46,520 bases of DNA from Candidatus Sigynarchaeum calidifontis (lineage in GTDB: Archaea > Asgardarchaeota > Lokiarchaeia > Sigyniarchaeales > Sigyniarchaeaceae): positions 1 through 46,520 of the forward strand of contig JAUQYZ020000256.1 of NCBI GenBank assembly GCA_030587475.2, written 5' to 3'. Below the pieces are notes generated by a model, which was not told where the DNA came from, made no database searches, and saw only the letters and a program-made list of their open reading frames with translations. Of the stretch, positions 9,722 through 18,051 are shown in pieces. The position numbers and the translations under genes are program-made. Every line of letters begins with the position of its first letter. Position 1 is the stretch's first letter.

Positions 9722-9979
9722 TCATTTTTCCCTCTTCTCAGGCTGCTTGAACATGGCATCGTATCTCTCGAAGAGCACGGAGACATCAAACGTGAAGGAT
9801 TTTTCAGCGCCGCATTCCCGGCACTTGCATTCGAGGATGTCATGTGGTTTTTCACCGATCTGCACGAGTTTTTGCATTTTCACTTCGTATGAGCCCTTAA
9901 ACCCGCAACCATCGCATTCCTGAATGCGCACAAAATCATATTCGTCCGAAACGTTGTCGACGATCATGTCCGGGGTCAT
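9722..9979 (-). CDS. small zinc-ribbon protein
   Basis: 85 aa with CDGCG...CKCRECG and FTFDVS. Coding-like composition. Confidence 0.7.
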   Translation of the reverse strand: MTPDMIVDNVSDEYDFVRIQECDGCGFKGSYEVKMQKLVQIGEKPHDILECKCRECGAEKSFTFDVSVLFERYDAMFKQPEKREK

Positions 9980-10190
9980 GGGATATCATTCCTACTGCGC
10001 GTTTGGTCTTGGATATCATGACGATATTTACTCCGAATGCGCTTCCTGGGAATTTATATATCTCGTCTTGGCTTTATCTTTAGCGGGTTACCAGCAGTGA
10101 ATATCTGAAATCGCATGGAGAAAGCAATGCTCCGTCGCGCTTGAAGAGAATTCAGTGCCTTCCGAGCGACCAATAGATGGTTTTCACGCT

Positions 10191-11087
10191 ATGTCACCGA
10201 TCTGCCGGGCGACGCGGGATCTACCCACCAAAGTGCGGATTATCAAGATCTTCAATTCCCCGCGGGACCGGGTCGAGGATGGTGGCCCGAGACCTTTTTT
10301 TAGCAGGAACGTGGGCATCGTTCTACCGGCCCTCGATGAAGGACCCAATCTGCAGCGACTCGTGCCGGAGATCGAGACCATTTTCAGCCGGCTCGATATA
10401 AAAGGCCATTTATTCATTGTCGACGACAATTCTCATGACGGGACTGAAAACATCGTGAAGGAACTCGCGATGAAATACAAGAATGTTACCCTCATCCAGC
10501 GACCAGCCAAGCTTGGCCTCGGCAGCGCGTACCGGCTCGGTTTCAAGCAAGCCTTGAAAGCTAAAATGGATGTAATCTTCGAAATGGATGCAGACTTGAG
10601 CCACCGTCCATCATATATTCCCGCATTCCTCGATTGCATGAAGAAAAGCGATGCAGATCTCGTGATCGGGTCCAGATATTGCAACAAGGGTGGCACTTTT
10701 GGGTGGTCGCTGAGTCGCCGGGCGATCAGCTTCATGGCGAACGTGTTAACGCAAATAATGCTCGGCGTGAACCAGACCCGTGACATGACATCTGGATTCC
10801 GGACATACAAGGCAAGCACGCTAGAAGCGATCGGCTATGGCTCGCTCGTGACCAACGGGTACGCGTGGCAGATAGAAACGCTGTACAAGGTACATTTGAA
10901 GAAAGGCGTGATCCGGGAGATTCCAATCATCTTTTACGATCGGGAGATTGGCAAGTCCAAGCTCGGGCTTGAAGATGTCCGGGAATTCATCGTGTTCTTG
11001 ATAAAAGCGCTCGTGTATCGGATGAACGACACCGTGCGGCGCGTGGCTGGAGGAAAATCCTGGCCCGTCTCCCGTTCTTGTCGGTGA
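10191..11087 (+). CDS. polyprenol/dolichol monophosphomannose synthase-like GT2 glycosyltransferase
   Basis: IVLPALDE, IVDDNSHDGT, KLGLGSAY..GF, EMDADLSH, DLVIGSRY, DMTSGFR, EIPIIFYDREIGKSKL. Start uncertain (GTG 10155 or ATG 10191). Confidence 0.9.
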   Translation: MSPICRATRDLPTKVRIIKIFNSPRDRVEDGGPRPFFSRNVGIVLPALDEGPNLQRLVPEIETIFSRLDIKGHLFIVDDNSHDGTENIVKELAMKYKNVTLIQRPAKLGLGSAYRLGFKQALKAKMDVIFEMDADLSHRPSYIPAFLDCMKKSDADLVIGSRYCNKGGTFGWSLSRRAISFMANVLTQIMLGVNQTRDMTSGFRTYKASTLEAIGYGSLVTNGYAWQIETLYKVHLKKGVIREIPIIFYDREIGKSKLGLEDVREFIVFLIKALVYRMNDTVRRVAGGKSWPVSRSCR

Positions 11088-11174
11088 ATCCGGAAACACT
11101 TCGGCTGGACCGGATCCTCGACCTCGAACGTGCTGAGATTTTTATGCGGGATGTGATTATCCTAGCGCGTATCC

Positions 11175-11813
11175 ATGAGCGACTCAAAAATCGACGTGAC
11201 GATTGGCCTCGTCGGGGATGATCACGTGTTGAGCCTTTTCAACATTCAAACCGACGATGACTTGAAGCAGAAGTTCCAGATGGTGACCCCGACCGAATGG
11301 AAGGACGTTTTTCGCATCAAGGTGAAAAATTATGGGGTTGTCGGGGACACGACGCGTGAGTTGCTCAAGAAGCTCAACGGCAGCTTCAACGACACGATCA
11401 CGACCATGGACTATGCCATCGTGCTGATCGGCACGAACGACGTGTTGCTCGGTGTGCCAATTGACGAAATCGTGCAGAACCTCCGTGACATCTTGTCCAT
11501 CATCAACAAGAGCAACGTGACCCCGATCTTTTGCACGCTGCTCCCGATATCCCGAGAGGAGTACTCGCAAACCGTCGCGGACATCAACAGCATGATGACC
11601 ATCTTCTGTGCCAAGGAGCGATTTAACGTGTTTGACCTCAACCTTGCCTTCAACAATGGCGAGGACATGCTCGAGAAGTTTTATGATGTCGGCGATGGCA
11701 TCCATCTCACGCAAGACGGGCTAATGCATCTCGCGGACAACTTGCTGCTGCGCGTGCTGGAGGTCATCGCCGCCGAGTTCGAGGAGTTCCAGGGTGGGCT
11801 TGCTTCTGAATAA
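11175..11813 (+). CDS. SGNH/GDSL hydrolase-fold protein lacking the catalytic Ser
   Basis: Block II NYGVVGDTT, block III LIGTND and block V DGIHLT are present, but block I reads GDD instead of GDS. Confidence 0.8.
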   Translation: MSDSKIDVTIGLVGDDHVLSLFNIQTDDDLKQKFQMVTPTEWKDVFRIKVKNYGVVGDTTRELLKKLNGSFNDTITTMDYAIVLIGTNDVLLGVPIDEIVQNLRDILSIINKSNVTPIFCTLLPISREEYSQTVADINSMMTIFCAKERFNVFDLNLAFNNGEDMLEKFYDVGDGIHLTQDGLMHLADNLLLRVLEVIAAEFEEFQGGLASE

Positions 11814-11917
11814 GAGACCCACGCCTTTCCCACGTTTCCTTGCATTCCTTTCCAAGCCCGCACGTGCCTTCGATTTCGAATCCCGGCCGTAGTACGATTC
11901 CTAGCAAATTCGCTAAC

Positions 11918-11923
11918 TTTAAG
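11918..11923 (+). promoter_or_regulatory. TATA-like box upstream of the candidate ncRNA
   Basis: TTTAAG in an AT-rich stretch, about 50-60 nt before the GC-rich structured block. No credible + strand protein gene follows. Confidence 0.35.
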
Positions 11924-11970
11924 AAGGAGAATTTTCCTACATATTACCAGACAGAAATCACGTTCGCAAT

Positions 11971-12120
11971 CCAAGCGGGCAGGCTCGCACTCGATTCCGA
12001 GTGGCACGCTTGGGAACAAGTCTGGGTGCCGGGCGGCAGCCCCCGGGTATCCGCGGGCTGACACGTATTCACGGCTCCCCAAGGCTGGAACATGCCTTGA
12101 AAAAGCTGGCCGCGAGCCCC
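11971..12120 (+). ncRNA. candidate structured non-coding RNA of unknown family
   Basis: Hand count about 67% GC versus about 36% upstream and about 23% in the 30 nt downstream. Closing stem GGCTCGC 11982-88 / GCGAGCC 12112-18 encloses four hairpins, one with a GGAA tetraloop. Followed by a T-tract. Confidence 0.5.
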
Positions 12121-12130
12121 TATTCTCTGA

Positions 12131-12149
12131 TTCTTTTTTTTTTGCTTTT
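12131..12149 (+). terminator. oligo-T archaeal terminator-like tract
   Basis: TTCTTTTTTTTTTGCTTTT just downstream of the structured block. Confidence 0.55.
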
Positions 12150-12320
12150 GCTAAGGCCGATTCTCGACATGTTCCAGCTGGAACGAACGCGTTTCCTTCA
12201 TATTCCTGCACCAGAAAAACTATGGTGCAATGCATTGCGTTCTTCCGACCAAATTAAGCAATCGTGCACCACGCTACGCGGTTCTTTTTACTTGCGGATC
12301 GGGGGGCTTCGCGACGCGTG

Positions 12321-13052
12321 TTACTTGACACGTTCCCAGACTTGTTTTCCTGCAGACTTGTAGATCAGTCTCGTGTCGTCGATATCGAGGACTTCGAATC
12401 TCGAAAGCCCCTCCCGCGTGACGACCTTTCCGCTTATCGTGTAATTCCCGCTCGTCGAGTATTCCTTGTCCAGCGTTTGTAATTCGGTATACGTGCCATC
12501 CGGCCGGTATTCCGCGACCCATTTTTCACAAGCGACGACCTTTATCTCCATACCACCCGTGTCATTGATCGTGTGCACGTATTTCCATTTACCGACCAGA
12601 AATCTCGCGATGTCTTCTGGTTTGATGTCTTTCGCGGGTGTTGTTGCTGCCGGCTTGGGTACTGCAAGTTGGGCTTTTGGGAATTTGGAGGTGTCCCACA
12701 GGAAGTCACCTTGCACGATCAGTTTTTTTCCAGCACGATCCTCAAGCTCCATCGTGGCCTTGAAAAAGCCGAACATGGTCGGGACTTGCTTGTTCATGAA
12801 GACCTGCTGCGTGGTTTCTCCCGAGTAGTGCTCGGAGAAGGTCTTGCCGTCGTGCTTCTTAAGCACGACCGTGAATTTTTGTGCGCCCTGGGTGTTGGTC
12901 GCCTCGGTGACATCCATCATCCAGTAATCGTCCTTGATGCGCAATTTGAGAAGCAAGTATTTCGGGGTGGCATCGACCACGACATCGCCCTCGAAGCTTC
13001 TCACGGGAATCCCGTTGACCGTGCCATTGAATAACGCTGGTTGTGGTGGCAT
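12321..13052 (-). CDS. two-domain hypothetical protein with C-terminal lipocalin-like beta-barrel
   Basis: 243 aa: unknown beta-rich N domain, Pro/Ala/Thr linker (VPKPAATTPAK), then LVGKWKYV...YRPDGTYTE...SGNYTISGKVV...FEVLDIDDTRLIY, resembling lipocalin-like domains. Confidence 0.6.
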   Translation of the reverse strand: MPPQPALFNGTVNGIPVRSFEGDVVVDATPKYLLLKLRIKDDYWMMDVTEATNTQGAQKFTVVLKKHDGKTFSEHYSGETTQQVFMNKQVPTMFGFFKATMELEDRAGKKLIVQGDFLWDTSKFPKAQLAVPKPAATTPAKDIKPEDIARFLVGKWKYVHTINDTGGMEIKVVACEKWVAEYRPDGTYTELQTLDKEYSTSGNYTISGKVVTREGLSRFEVLDIDDTRLIYKSAGKQVWERVK

Positions 13053-13130
13053 GCGTGTTCTCCTCTATTTTGATCAGTCCTGTTATCCAAGGTCTTCCTT
13101 GAACTGTGAAAAATCATAAAAAGGAGGGAA

Positions 13131-14282
13131 TTAATACGTGGACCCATAGTACTTCGTGAACAGCTTGCCTATCACCTCGTCGTTCACGAGAGGTTTTATC
13201 GCCTTGTCCCAGATCCCCTTGTTCGTGTGCAATTCGTTCATGGCGAGGCGCAGCTTGTCCTTGTACTTGTTGATGAACTCGATCGACCAGGGCAGCCCAG
13301 TATTCTGCGTGATCGTGCGCGGCGCCCACTTCGCCAGCCAGGTCTCTATAAGCCGCTCCGACCACGGGAGCGACGGGTTACCCGACAAGCCCGAGAGGCG
13401 CCATTCATCCCGCCCGGTACTTTGCCATATCCATTTCTTTTCGTATTTCTTGATGAGATCCTCGGTGAACGGAATCGAGGTATTTCCGCTTAATTCCCAC
13501 CAGTCCAACTTTTCCGCGTACGTGGCGATGAACTGTTCTGTCCAGGGGAAATTGCGGAGCTTGCTCATCCGGTTGAGATAGAAAAAGTCCTTGTACTTGT
13601 TGTATAAGTCCAACGACCAGGGCAAGCCTTCGTTCGCGCTTAGCTTGTCCCACGCCATCGGCGCTGCTTGATGGGTCTTGAACTCATCCAGCTCCTTATC
13701 GGTCCACTTCATGCCCTCCGCCTCGGTCAGGTATAACAAGTCGATATCCTCGTTGCCCGTGCCTTTTCGCACGCGGTCGATTATGTCCCTTGTCCACTTG
13801 ACGCCGGGATTGAGCCTGATATGTTTCCATGACAGCTTCTTCCCGTACGTGATCAAGATCTCCTCGGTCCATTCCACCGACGGGTTCTGGCTCAGCTCCA
13901 CGAAGTCAATCTTATCGGCATACTTGTCGATCATCTCCTTCGTGAACTTGATACCCGGGTTGGAGCACAAGTAGTTCCAGCGCCAGTCATTCTTGAAGAG
14001 ATCGATCATCTCTTGCTCTCGACCTGCGAACACCTTCGGATTGGCGCTTAGATCATCCCACGGGATCTTAGTCTTGTATTTGGTGATGAATTCCTTTGTC
14101 CAGTCCATTGTCACGTTCTTACACAGCTCGTCCCAGTTGATCGCGCCATCGGAGGACTTCCCGAAGTGCTTGGTGAGCACGTCATCCGTTAATGGATAAT
14201 ATCGGAGGAGCATGCGCTTGAAGGCACGCTTATTGTCCTTTACAAAACTATCGAGGAGAGCGAATTGTGAATCTTCGGCCAT
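13131..14282 (-). CDS. tryptophan-rich ~25-aa tandem repeat (solenoid) protein
   Basis: 383 aa with roughly a dozen repeats of consensus W..LS.N..(L/I).W(T/S).E.I.KY..K, e.g. LDWWELSGNTSIPFTEDLIKKYEKK and IDFVELSQNPSVEWTEEILITYGKK. Confidence 0.8.
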   Translation of the reverse strand: MAEDSQFALLDSFVKDNKRAFKRMLLRYYPLTDDVLTKHFGKSSDGAINWDELCKNVTMDWTKEFITKYKTKIPWDDLSANPKVFAGREQEMIDLFKNDWRWNYLCSNPGIKFTKEMIDKYADKIDFVELSQNPSVEWTEEILITYGKKLSWKHIRLNPGVKWTRDIIDRVRKGTGNEDIDLLYLTEAEGMKWTDKELDEFKTHQAAPMAWDKLSANEGLPWSLDLYNKYKDFFYLNRMSKLRNFPWTEQFIATYAEKLDWWELSGNTSIPFTEDLIKKYEKKWIWQSTGRDEWRLSGLSGNPSLPWSERLIETWLAKWAPRTITQNTGLPWSIEFINKYKDKLRLAMNELHTNKGIWDKAIKPLVNDEVIGKLFTKYYGSTY

Positions 14283-14680
14283 GCTATGAAAACACGATGG
14301 CTCCTTAAAAAAGCGATTTTTTTCCCCCGTTCACGATTTCGGCCTCAAATCTGGCATCTCTATAGATTCCTTGCCTTAATCGACCGGGAAATTATTATTC
14401 CTTGGGCTCCACGCTAGATCGCGTGGAGCTTTGGTGTGTTTCTCTTCGTTATCACCATCACCCCCTCGTCCGGGCATAGTGTCCGGGCATAGCGCTCGTT
14501 CCCGTGCCGGCCGGCACGACGTGCGACCATTCCTACAGCATGTACCTTAGCAAAGCGTTCGAGATCCTCGATTACGAAGGTTAATCCATTATATCTTCTT
14601 TTTCAACCTCCTTGCTGCAAGCACGCGAGATCGCGCCGCCTATCAATTTTAAAGGGCACTTATCCCGTGCTAGGCACGTC

Positions 14681-15712
14681 ATGAAAGATTTCGCACTTGT
14701 ATACAATCCATCAAGCGCGGCGGGCAAATCGAAGGAAAGCTTCCAGTTTGCGCTCGCCACGCTCGAGAAGCTCGGGGTTTCTTTCGAGGCAAAGCAGACA
14801 GAGTATCCGGGTCATGCCATCCCCCTTGCTCGCGAATTGGCCAACGACGGCTATCGCATCATCGGCTGTGGCGGGGATGGCACCTGCAACGAGGTCTTCA
14901 ACGGGGCCATCTCGTCCAACAAGAAGCCGCCGGTCGGCTTCATCCCGATGGGTAGCGGCAACGACATTCCCGGTGCCATCGGCATCTTGCCCGACATCAA
15001 GCGGGCGTGCGAGATCATATCCGAAGGATTCTCCGAGACGTGCGACATTGGTCTCGCGACGAGCAGCACGGGCGAGAAGCGGTATTTCATCGGCATCGGG
15101 TCGCAAGGATTCGACGCCGAGGTGACCCGGCGTGCCAACAAGGGGACGAAGCGGTTCAGCGGCACGTGGAACTACGTCGTTGCAACCCTCGTGACGGCAA
15201 CGTATTTCAAAAACCGGCGCATCAAGGTTACCATGGACAATGATACCTTCGAGGACGAGGCTTATCTCGTCGCTGTTGGCAATGGCCCGAGCTATGGTGG
15301 TTGGATGTACATGTGTGCTAATGCATGTATTTATGACGGTGTTTTCCACGTTGTCATTCTCGGCAAGATGAGCAAATTTCGCGTGATGCTCAATTTCACG
15401 AAGATGTACTACAAGCAACACTTGTCCTTGCCGGCCATCCATTCCTTCGAGAGCAAGAAAGTAATTATCGAGATGGCCGATCCCGTCAAGCCTTATCTAT
15501 ACCAAGTCGACGGCGAGGTCATCGGTTCCTTGCCAGTGACCTACGAGGTCCTCGCAGATGGCTACGAATTCATCAAGCCACGCAAGAACGAGGTATTGCT
15601 CGAGTTCAACAAGAAATACGAGCACTTCATCAAGGAAGGAAAGACGAAGGATTACCTTTGGCAAATTGACAAGCAGACCAGCCGCGTCGCCAGGCCGAGG
15701 CCGTCCAAGTGA
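14681..15712 (+). CDS. diacylglycerol/lipid kinase family protein (YegS/BmrU/DagK-like)
   Basis: VYNPSSAAG, GGDGT.NEV.NG, IPMGSGND, GFDAEV, GNGPSYGG, QVDGE. ATG 14681 preceded by TTTTAAA. Confidence 0.92.
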   Translation: MKDFALVYNPSSAAGKSKESFQFALATLEKLGVSFEAKQTEYPGHAIPLARELANDGYRIIGCGGDGTCNEVFNGAISSNKKPPVGFIPMGSGNDIPGAIGILPDIKRACEIISEGFSETCDIGLATSSTGEKRYFIGIGSQGFDAEVTRRANKGTKRFSGTWNYVVATLVTATYFKNRRIKVTMDNDTFEDEAYLVAVGNGPSYGGWMYMCANACIYDGVFHVVILGKMSKFRVMLNFTKMYYKQHLSLPAIHSFESKKVIIEMADPVKPYLYQVDGEVIGSLPVTYEVLADGYEFIKPRKNEVLLEFNKKYEHFIKEGKTKDYLWQIDKQTSRVARPRPSK

Positions 15713-15766
15713 CATTCTCGCATCCCAAAGGTACTTTTTTTTTCATGATTATCATATGGCGAAAGC

Positions 15767-17725
15767 ATGAAGACCCCTTTTTTCCAAAACCGTAAAATTT
15801 GGATGTGGCTGCTGGCCATCGGCATCGCCCTTGGAGTCACGTCCGCGCTCGTTTTCTTCCTTATCCCCCAGGTCAACACGGTCACGTTTCAATCGATAGC
15901 CTATGGCGTCACGGCTGAATACTTGATTTACGGCCTTTTCATCGGTGGTCCGATCGCGCTGTTCTCCATCTTGTTTGGCGTCGCGCTCGGGTCGACGATC
16001 AAGAAAAAGGAATGGACGTTCCAGCGGCCCCGCAGCCGCGCGTGGCAAGTGTTCTTGATCCTCTGGATCGTGTTCTTTGGCCTATACTGCAGCGTTTACG
16101 TGTACATGCTGCCGAAGGCGATCGGCTTTGAAACGGTCTTGGTCGAGATGTCCGACGGGACCCGGTTGAACACGGTCATCTACCGGCAGAACACGTGGGA
16201 AGCCCGCCCGGTCGTCCTGTTCCGCACGCCGTACGGCAGCATCACGTCGAAAGGCTCGGTCGACGATTACGTGGAGCTCGGCTTCCACGTCGTCGTGCAA
16301 GACTGTCGTGGCTGCCCGCCGGTCATCCGCGGCATCATCGACGAGCACCTCTCCGAGGGAACCTTCATCCCGTTCATCTACGACGTGCTCGACGGCAACG
16401 ACACGATCAACTGGATCGCCGCGCAGCCGTGGTGCGATGGCCGGGTCTTCATGGCAGGCGGTTCCTACCTTGCCTGGACGCAATTCGCCGCGGCGCTCGC
16501 TCGCCCGGCGGCACTCCGTGCCATCACCCCGATCGTGTTCGGGTCCACGCCGTACGATGCTGCTTACTGCAACGGCATGTTCCAGCAGAACCTGGCAGGG
16601 CTGTGGCTGCTACTCATGAGCGAGTGCTACGGGAACGGCGTGAACGCACTCGCCGACTTCGCGCCGCCCTTGTCGGCCCTCGATGGCCTCGCGTGCTCGG
16701 GCGGGTTCGAGTACTGGGACCAGGCCTTGAATCATTCCTTGCCGGGTGCGTTCTGGCAGCTGCATGGTGTCCTTTCCGGCATGGACCGCATCGAGGTCCC
16801 CGTGTACCAGGAGCTCGGATATTTCGATTATTTCGCATGGACTGGCATCCGTGATTTTAAAAAGTTGTCGGCGCGCAGCGACTATGCAGCGAATCACTCG
16901 GTCCTGGTCATAGCCCCGCACGGCCACGGGGGCGTCCCCAAAAGCCTGATCAGCGCGGAACCGTTGTCGCGATACTCGTCGGACAAGGATGCCAAGCTTT
17001 TCCTCGCCGCCGCGGCGAGTGGCACGTTTCCTTCCAGACAAGTCCGCGCTTACATCGTCGGGGCGAACACGTGGCTCAACGGCACGACGTGGCCGCTCGC
17101 GGGCACCACGAACGTTACATACTACCTCCGCACGGGCAAGGCACTTAGCACGACCGCGCCAGCAGGGGCCGAGCCTGCCGACACGTTCACGTACAACCCC
17201 CTGACCACGATCAATTACGTGAGCGCGGGACTCGAGTGGGGCGATTGGGCGGACCATGCCGTGATCACCAGGCAAGCCGACTCGATCGTATACGAGCTTC
17301 CTGTCGGAAGTGGCGGGCTTGCGCTTTGCGGGCAGATCGGGATCCACTTGAACGCCACGTCGAACTGTACCGACACGGACTGGGTCGTCGAGGTGCTCGA
17401 CCACGATCCCGCGACGAACAAGTCGATGTTCTTGTGCCACGGGTTGATGCGCGCCGCCGCCCGCAACATGGGCACGACGCTCGAGTATTTAACGCCCGGC
17501 CAGTCTTACTTGTACAGGTTCGACAGCTGGCCCATCGGTGCCTATTTCAAGCCCGGCCACGTGCTCCAGCTCGTGATCCGGTCATCGAAATATCCATACT
17601 ATGCCAAGAACTTCAACGTCATGAACACGTATTTCAACAACTCGATAGCAGTCGCGTTGAACACGATCCACCATTCTGCCGCGAGCCCGAGCTATATTAC
17701 CCTGCCCGTGATCGCGCTCCCGTGA
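15767..17725 (+). CDS. membrane-anchored CocE/NonD family hydrolase
   Basis: Three N-terminal hydrophobic segments, then MSDGTRL, LFRTPYG, VVQDCRG, GGSYLA, GYFDYF, APHGHG, and a C-terminal jelly-roll (DTDWVV...FKPGHVLQL). Confidence 0.88.
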   Translation: MKTPFFQNRKIWMWLLAIGIALGVTSALVFFLIPQVNTVTFQSIAYGVTAEYLIYGLFIGGPIALFSILFGVALGSTIKKKEWTFQRPRSRAWQVFLILWIVFFGLYCSVYVYMLPKAIGFETVLVEMSDGTRLNTVIYRQNTWEARPVVLFRTPYGSITSKGSVDDYVELGFHVVVQDCRGCPPVIRGIIDEHLSEGTFIPFIYDVLDGNDTINWIAAQPWCDGRVFMAGGSYLAWTQFAAALARPAALRAITPIVFGSTPYDAAYCNGMFQQNLAGLWLLLMSECYGNGVNALADFAPPLSALDGLACSGGFEYWDQALNHSLPGAFWQLHGVLSGMDRIEVPVYQELGYFDYFAWTGIRDFKKLSARSDYAANHSVLVIAPHGHGGVPKSLISAEPLSRYSSDKDAKLFLAAAASGTFPSRQVRAYIVGANTWLNGTTWPLAGTTNVTYYLRTGKALSTTAPAGAEPADTFTYNPLTTINYVSAGLEWGDWADHAVITRQADSIVYELPVGSGGLALCGQIGIHLNATSNCTDTDWVVEVLDHDPATNKSMFLCHGLMRAAARNMGTTLEYLTPGQSYLYRFDSWPIGAYFKPGHVLQLVIRSSKYPYYAKNFNVMNTYFNNSIAVALNTIHHSAASPSYITLPVIALP

Positions 17726-18051
17726 GCATCACCGGCTTTTCGTGGCATTTCTACCTTCCTTTTTCCCTTATTCCCGTCCAAAGTCGCCATTTGAAGCCGC
17801 TTCCGCGTGCAAGAAGAACGCGCAAGCCCCTCCGCGAGTTGTTAATAAATTCTCGGCAATACTCTCATAAAAGCTCGGAGAATGCGGCATTCATATGGGC
17901 ACCCCATGACTGCTGCACATCGAGGATCGGACCATCTCCCACCTTTCCCCGTGGCAGCTGCCGGGGAAGATTTTAATAGGATCGCGCCCCTCGAAGCATG
18001 TTTGATCTCTTGCCATTTCTACCTAGTATCCTACATACAAAGGTCTGCAAA

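Noticed and set aside
11875-11895. TTCGAATCCCGGCC resembling a tRNA T-loop / 3' end (possible att site)
   Set aside because: The 5' side of the T-stem does not pair, there is no cloverleaf, and I saw no integrase or second copy in the window.
11971-12120. Assigning the structured block to a known class (TPP, cobalamin or c-di-GMP riboswitch, H/ACA RNA, tRNA-Sec, SECIS)
   Set aside because: Only short partial word matches. Diagnostic elements (CUGAGA, B12 box, K-turn plus pocket, TTC loop, AUGA/GA quartet) are missing, and no downstream co-oriented gene exists for a riboswitch to control.
13131-14282. Diversity-generating retroelement target or template in the repeat gene
   Set aside because: I saw no reverse transcriptase in the window and no near-identical repeat pair differing only at adenines.
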